A DNA stretch of 64,000 nucleotides from Barthelona sp. PAP020 (Eukaryota), in NCBI GenBank assembly GCA_040182905.1, contig JARQWU010000024.1, positions 1 to 64,000 on the forward strand. The letters are read 5' to 3'. This document shows, in pieces, positions 61,101 to 64,000 of this stretch (positions are counted from its first letter, which is position 1; each line of letters begins with the position of its first letter). Below the pieces are notes generated by a model. It ran no database searches. It was not told the origin of the DNA and saw nothing but the letters and a program-made list of their open reading frames with translations. A program made the position numbers and the translations under genes.

Positions 61101-62952
61101 ATAAAGATGCATTCTTTTCTCTAGTAATTTCAAGAAATTGTTGTCTTCTTAAATTCATTGTGATATCATTGTTAATATCTCTTAAATCTTGTTTTTTAAA
61201 ATTGTCAGACAATTTTTGATCAATTCTTTCAGCAAATAAATTACCACGTTGTACATATCTCAAATGAAAATAGATAACAAATCGAAAATTATGTTCCAAA
61301 TTAAATTCTCTTTTAAATTCTTCCAATTGATTTTCATTTAAACGTTTACATTGTCTTAAAGGTTGAGAAAAAGGGATATCATAATTAATGTATTTAATTA
61401 AACTTTCAGAAGCTCTTTTATGTTTCCAAGAAATTAAAATATTCTTCAAAAACATTTTCTTTTCTTGAAAATAATAACTTTTAAATGATCTAATTTTCAT
61501 TGTATATTTTTTTAATAATTTAAAAGGTTTATAAAGATAATCACCAACAGGAAACTCATTGGTAGATTTAGGGAAAATCAAACTGACAATTATGGTCATC
61601 AATAAACGTTGTTTATAATTGTTCTCACTATTTATTGAAATTAATTTCCATTTTAACAATTCATTATGATCATTTTTCATCTGTTTTAACATTGTGAATG
61701 CTTTTTTAGCATAAATTTTATTGGTATGAAAATCTAATCGCATTTTGATAAATTTTAATTTTTTGTTCAATATATAAGTGTTATGCCAGTTCTTTAAACA
61801 TTCTAAATATTGTTTATGTTGATATTCTTCAATATTAAATTTTGAAATAAACAAATAATAATATTTCCGAAGAAATTTGGTACGTAAAAATGTGTTTAAT
61901 TTTATTGTATTTTCTTTGTCAATTATTTTTCTCCGAAAAATGTAATACCAACTATCAAAACATCCTCTTAATGGCCAACGATATCTGATGATATAATTTA
62001 AGCTCTTATTAAATTCATTATGTCTTTTGATGCTGTTCAAATAATTATCCCATTCAATAATAGGTTTCCAAGATGTTGGAGGTAACTCTCCTTTTAATGA
62101 ACTACGATTAAATATCATCATACGATACCACATTGTCAAAGATAATTGAACAGTTTTTCTAAATTCACAATATCTTTTGTATTTTGCTTCTTTTATTAAA
62201 TTAGCCATGTGTTTTGAATATGCTAACCAAGATCTAAAATTATCATAACATTCTGTTTTAAAGTTCTTTTCTTTAAGATAATTGGTTAATTTTATATATT
62301 TATGTTGCATTACCCAATGATTGAAAAATGTTTTTACCTTACTGGAAAATGAACATCGTTTATAATATGTGTAAGCTCTCCATTCTCTCAAATATCTTAT
62401 ACATTGTTCACCATCTGTTCTAATGACAATAATTGGATTATTTATTTCTTCATAAAGTTTTCTTTTTTCATCATAAATATCATTCTCAATGGGTAATTCT
62501 TCCATGTTTACTAATTTGGTTAAAGGCGTTTCTTGCTTCTTTTTTAGTTTAGAAACATTGCGTGAGAAAGTGTTTAAAACATGTGAAGGCGTTAAACTCA
62601 ATGATACATCATCATGTAAATTTTTTGTTGAACCAAAACTTGTGGAAGGAGGTGTTAATTCAATGGAATAATTAGGAATCGGTTTGTAATCAAATGGTTC
62701 AACATTTGTTAATTGAATATTATTATATTCGACTGAAGGAATTTCTCGTTTGGGAGTTTCAATAAATTTTTCATTAATTTTTGGTTTATTGTATTTAATT
62801 TTCTTCACTTTTTGTTTCAATTCTTGTTTATCGGTTACATCTTTATTCTCTTTGGTTTGAAAAGTTACAGTAATTGATGGATAAGGTAGAATGTCTTTTT
62901 CATAATTCTGCTTTTTATTTGGGGTTTTTAATGTACGTAAAGGTGTATTCAT
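55108..62952 (-). CDS. Very large coiled-coil protein with N-terminal Sfi1-like Trp repeats
   Basis: Periodic F..W motifs (KTFFNHW, DNFRSW, RGCFDSW, ECLKNW, NILISW) in a basic helix, then K/E coiled coil and low-complexity sequence. Confidence 0.55.
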   Translation of the reverse strand: MNTPLRTLKTPNKKQNYEKDILPYPSITVTFQTKENKDVTDKQELKQKVKKIKYNKPKINEKFIETPKREIPSVEYNNIQLTNVEPFDYKPIPNYSIELTPPSTSFGSTKNLHDDVSLSLTPSHVLNTFSRNVSKLKKKQETPLTKLVNMEELPIENDIYDEKRKLYEEINNPIIVIRTDGEQCIRYLREWRAYTYYKRCSFSSKVKTFFNHWVMQHKYIKLTNYLKEKNFKTECYDNFRSWLAYSKHMANLIKEAKYKRYCEFRKTVQLSLTMWYRMMIFNRSSLKGELPPTSWKPIIEWDNYLNSIKRHNEFNKSLNYIIRYRWPLRGCFDSWYYIFRRKIIDKENTIKLNTFLRTKFLRKYYYLFISKFNIEEYQHKQYLECLKNWHNTYILNKKLKFIKMRLDFHTNKIYAKKAFTMLKQMKNDHNELLKWKLISINSENNYKQRLLMTIIVSLIFPKSTNEFPVGDYLYKPFKLLKKYTMKIRSFKSYYFQEKKMFLKNILISWKHKRASESLIKYINYDIPFSQPLRQCKRLNENQLEEFKREFNLEHNFRFVIYFHLRYVQRGNLFAERIDQKLSDNFKKQDLRDINNDITMNLRRQQFLEITREKNASLLKNNTINGIFKNVCLANEEFIAKYINSNKEKLVKVITVAQARKLNQLNANFSLPSFAEHELFEIDGMNSNNNLINSKFHNRSKSDNTLTNNINIFDKDYTVEQPEINVNIVQDVIKDENICIIKDENNAIGIENVLTTTELTENKDFVKKFNVSLSDFRTTSTHVSKLLKDAEAKHLAKMRKQEEMERLEMEKAEEFSKKRENHEKQLLFQKKFEEEQLKLIREKEIMLKKENNLRLLKKMKENEKKELFRIKKEEDKLAEEEEKEQQEQQKEMEKKQKEEEEEIRRKMFELSDDEKFSLFQRVRNKTISTSIDKVTEEIIGVVIEDAIFQFAYEYRKKLIEKQIEFENQQYLKEEQKLMIERMEGEEMVMMEEAELWSQKRENHDKYVLEMEMKLREEEEMKQHRMENEIKRLVDSVFLNVVNETLEETFIYVEKKIANLIVQQRVQQIDKKAKRRKSIVELTLETKDDDLYGSFVKKNDNFMNYREIEAKQRRDKELEKIKKDIDLARKTKELEELKEKKKQVELIKNKPRKKKGKKKDEDVRYLRSKRPGLKSARKIKQMNYKSPKKDVNKKRSNSKTFQNNENSNFQSVIEVDDENDTIDYDNLVDLPSEIPNGIIPSHRSTTSNSSSVELNYIQKMKYRRKSIAVSDEIYNYEPQIFEGVVEPIIDDLMEEVANVKIRDDGGDDFDITIDIEELRKSSQFPPANIDITEFSFDVIYENAENEYNTSELVSPVVDNFETSNTFVDSKNDVNRRINSDYHPENDRMEQHEVKEADSSKLTDNSFLSNKNVNSLNDSEILTSQSIVDTSIDIESLPDTVLNQSSPYGIDAVQTNKLNAKDMFSSEIKEDSLDSDEEKNATMMRELENTEVVPVTVTNDVETGFLSSQSIDITGYVSDEDKRMAKLTLPNENPVDDDDFVDSFEMITKIQIETIDQKRRDSVNVLKDKNATLNLNINEKNAVIKKSKGRVKEEENQSAKSSLNIIIPQSRSLEVIKKNNIPQEIQIKKERILYKPSKESVDKIVRLYLTLVRIMLRKDQDYEKDNQIKVDNEMNKSVNITEYRKKITKVFDYLFRHNVPYGLIDFDGVEIFRIDLPFSVEFDLNTQNYFKSKLDEETLKKYESKRRPSMIPYDIGGLKRSDERRRDLIDWYKKLEMPLRLIDTETEIPDTHQKSNEKFQNFPNIEKKLLASKSFGPQEFGKLFERKRIAKEEAERRNEKKRKMREGLANISSFTDEYSKELEKEIEKRKRLLNKTISKDSLPLDQAFDILAVMDDHELKKRAKNPVHLFVFEKNEIDRKPSFTDIHLHILNEERKRLEIALETATDDEVKKRIELTKNKGPIRISRKYAKGTQSTLLKDRVHERYDQNNNFMRINGDFLINNDDNEDFEQSEIETVKTARKRPTSSLSICSTSNSIPSLISNKITSNSISNEFVIQNKPMSTPFRSRLNSANSVSHKNLSPANDKVVSSSKTPKIVKNERVEMKSTHKRNNSMGAEFELTGNQYKTKKDERKIMNEKLSFQLQSTPLSSKYDDFEERNSIFKEKIESFPVVNLPKHYDPKINVIGSQIKLANSKNQRNEEHESNSTREFLQHEMFFVTQNDEIFNEMTFTNHDSRLSSPVESPEPFSETISSKRKDLLPISFSPNIKNKCQTILSNKKTRNEDSNFCEINSYYDAIETKNFEYSNKPKSLKPILEALPFDLKDEMKNRQIFDSVGQMILQELENIQKSKELAVKESLLMEANDIDGIFTENKLKTIQKRIIFNESPYEDNILIENYVWASAILSYLLDSDSILCQTLRESNGLTQQDNYILYIPNQTQNIIQRNNIINSNNFNESIDIQSQKNKEYKNTSNNLIDSVLQEYLFNGTHPMLKYLDLTLKGLGISSVNLMKKYPLSNICNKVNSEVLDKFIRLFDPQKDPPIIISPQQNKWILVSFELKEILDDIDSFDIHHLNDNSSKNMFFNNLIKEIKIIQQRRDFDQKSKAKGFLDKLKALNKR

Positions 62953-63040
62953 TTGTTTAAATGTTGAAAATTTTCGAAATTATTAAAAATCATTCCATTG
63001 TCAATAAAAAAAATGAAATTTTTTTTTGTATTTGTGGTGC

Positions 63041-63868
63041 ATGGTTTCAAAAAATCAAGCCAAAAAACTATTACAAAAGAATATTAAATCTATTAGGGAA
63101 GAGTATAATGCGAAAATCAAACGTGCAAAAACAAATCGCAATTTAAAAAGAGATTTAACAGATGAACGTGACGAAAAGATAGCAATTTTAGAACAAGAAT
63201 TTATTGATAAGTATGAAAACACTGAAGATATTGAAGAGGAAGATGAAAATGAAATTGATTCTGAAGACCCCTTTTTTACAAGCAAAGAAAACATGAAGAA
63301 ATCTTCCAGAAAACAAAAACGTATGGAAAAGAAAGAAATTGAAGAGCAACAAAGATTAGAAGAAATGGCCAAAATCGCCGCTGAACAGGGTCCATCAAAA
63401 AGAACCATTGAACTGAATAAATTGACCCCAATTTTACAACGTCGTAATTTAATAATGACTGATGTTCCAGCAACTGGATCTTGTTTGTTTGAATCTGTTT
63501 CTCGTTCTGCCATTCCATGTTCAAAGGATGCTTTTGATTTAAGAGTTGAAGCTGTGGAATATATTTCCGAGCATTGGGAAGATTTTGCTCCATTCATGGA
63601 AATGAATAAGGATGAATATGTTAAACAAATGTCTAAAATCAGTGTTTGGGGAGGTCATCCTGAAATTATGGCATTAACTCATGTTTTAAAAAGACCAATT
63701 ATTATTTTACAGGCTGATCAACCCAATGAAATGACTTTTGGTAATGAATATGTCACTGATGATTTTTTAAAATCTCCTGTTGAGATTGTTTTTTTGAAAC
63801 ATTTCATTTCTACGGGAGAACATTACAATGCAACAGGACCTTCCTCAATGAATTATAACATTATTTAA
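63041..63868 (+). CDS. OTU deubiquitinase, OTUD6/Otu2-like
   Basis: Coiled-coil N-terminus, VPATGSCLF, WGGHPEIMAL, GEHYN; ATG at 63041. Confidence 0.88.
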   Translation: MVSKNQAKKLLQKNIKSIREEYNAKIKRAKTNRNLKRDLTDERDEKIAILEQEFIDKYENTEDIEEEDENEIDSEDPFFTSKENMKKSSRKQKRMEKKEIEEQQRLEEMAKIAAEQGPSKRTIELNKLTPILQRRNLIMTDVPATGSCLFESVSRSAIPCSKDAFDLRVEAVEYISEHWEDFAPFMEMNKDEYVKQMSKISVWGGHPEIMALTHVLKRPIIILQADQPNEMTFGNEYVTDDFLKSPVEIVFLKHFISTGEHYNATGPSSMNYNII

Positions 63869-63939
63869 TTCATTTCATCACTGCATATGACAGTTCAGTA
63901 AATCCATGGAATATTATTTTATAAATATGAATATGAGTT

Positions 63940-63999
63940 TTATTTTGGTGGGAATTGTTCAATGAAATGTGTACTATTTGAAAACAATCCAATAGTTAA
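63940..63999 (-). CDS. Possible 3' end of a gene continuing beyond the window
   Basis: Open minus frame LTIGLFSNSTHFIEQFPPK* from the window edge, converging on the OTU gene; very short. Confidence 0.3.
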   Translation of the reverse strand, partial: LTIGLFSNSTHFIEQFPPK

Positions 64000-64000
64000 T

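Noticed and set aside
3284..63597. Many short antisense or overlapping ORFs in the track (e.g. 7980-8549, 63055-63597)
   Set aside because: Shadows of long real genes in AT-rich codon usage; no recognisable motifs.
1..64000. Alternative genetic code or prokaryotic/viral origin of the contig
   Set aside because: Conserved proteins end at TAA, TGA or TAG at expected positions, and spliceosomal introns, a snoRNA and core eukaryotic genes are present.

Overview
This is AT-rich, very gene-dense eukaryotic (protist) nuclear DNA. It uses the standard genetic code (TAA, TGA and TAG all end ORFs), most genes lack introns, and divergent gene pairs are only about 50-100 bp apart. About 25 genes are present: PSMD12/Rpn5 3' end, CFAP52-like WD40, a giant HECT E3, an EDC4-like protein, UFC1, a C19orf53-like protein, PA200/Blm10, DDX6/Dhh1, a papain protease, a CDK, NECAP, Tem1/Spg1, CEP41, a long-chain acyl-CoA synthetase, Kae1, Dph6, glycogen phosphorylase, V-ATPase E, LRR, WD40, Sfi1-like and OTU proteins. 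The ciliary/basal-body genes imply a flagellate; a metamonad-like identity is plausible but unproven. Highlights: (1) two complementary DUF2589-like domains, a family I know mainly as paired prokaryotic genes, one standalone (29572-30138) and one fused to the C-terminus of a 1700-aa polytopic membrane protein (43505-48607); (2) a U18/snR18-type C/D snoRNA nested in an apparent intron of a non-coding or 5'UTR host upstream of Tem1; (3) 40-42 nt spliceosomal introns with the branch point close to the 3' AG; (4) a degenerate hybrid histidine-kinase-like receptor directly upstream of the standalone DUF2589-like gene. All family calls come from motif recognition by eye, not database searches.
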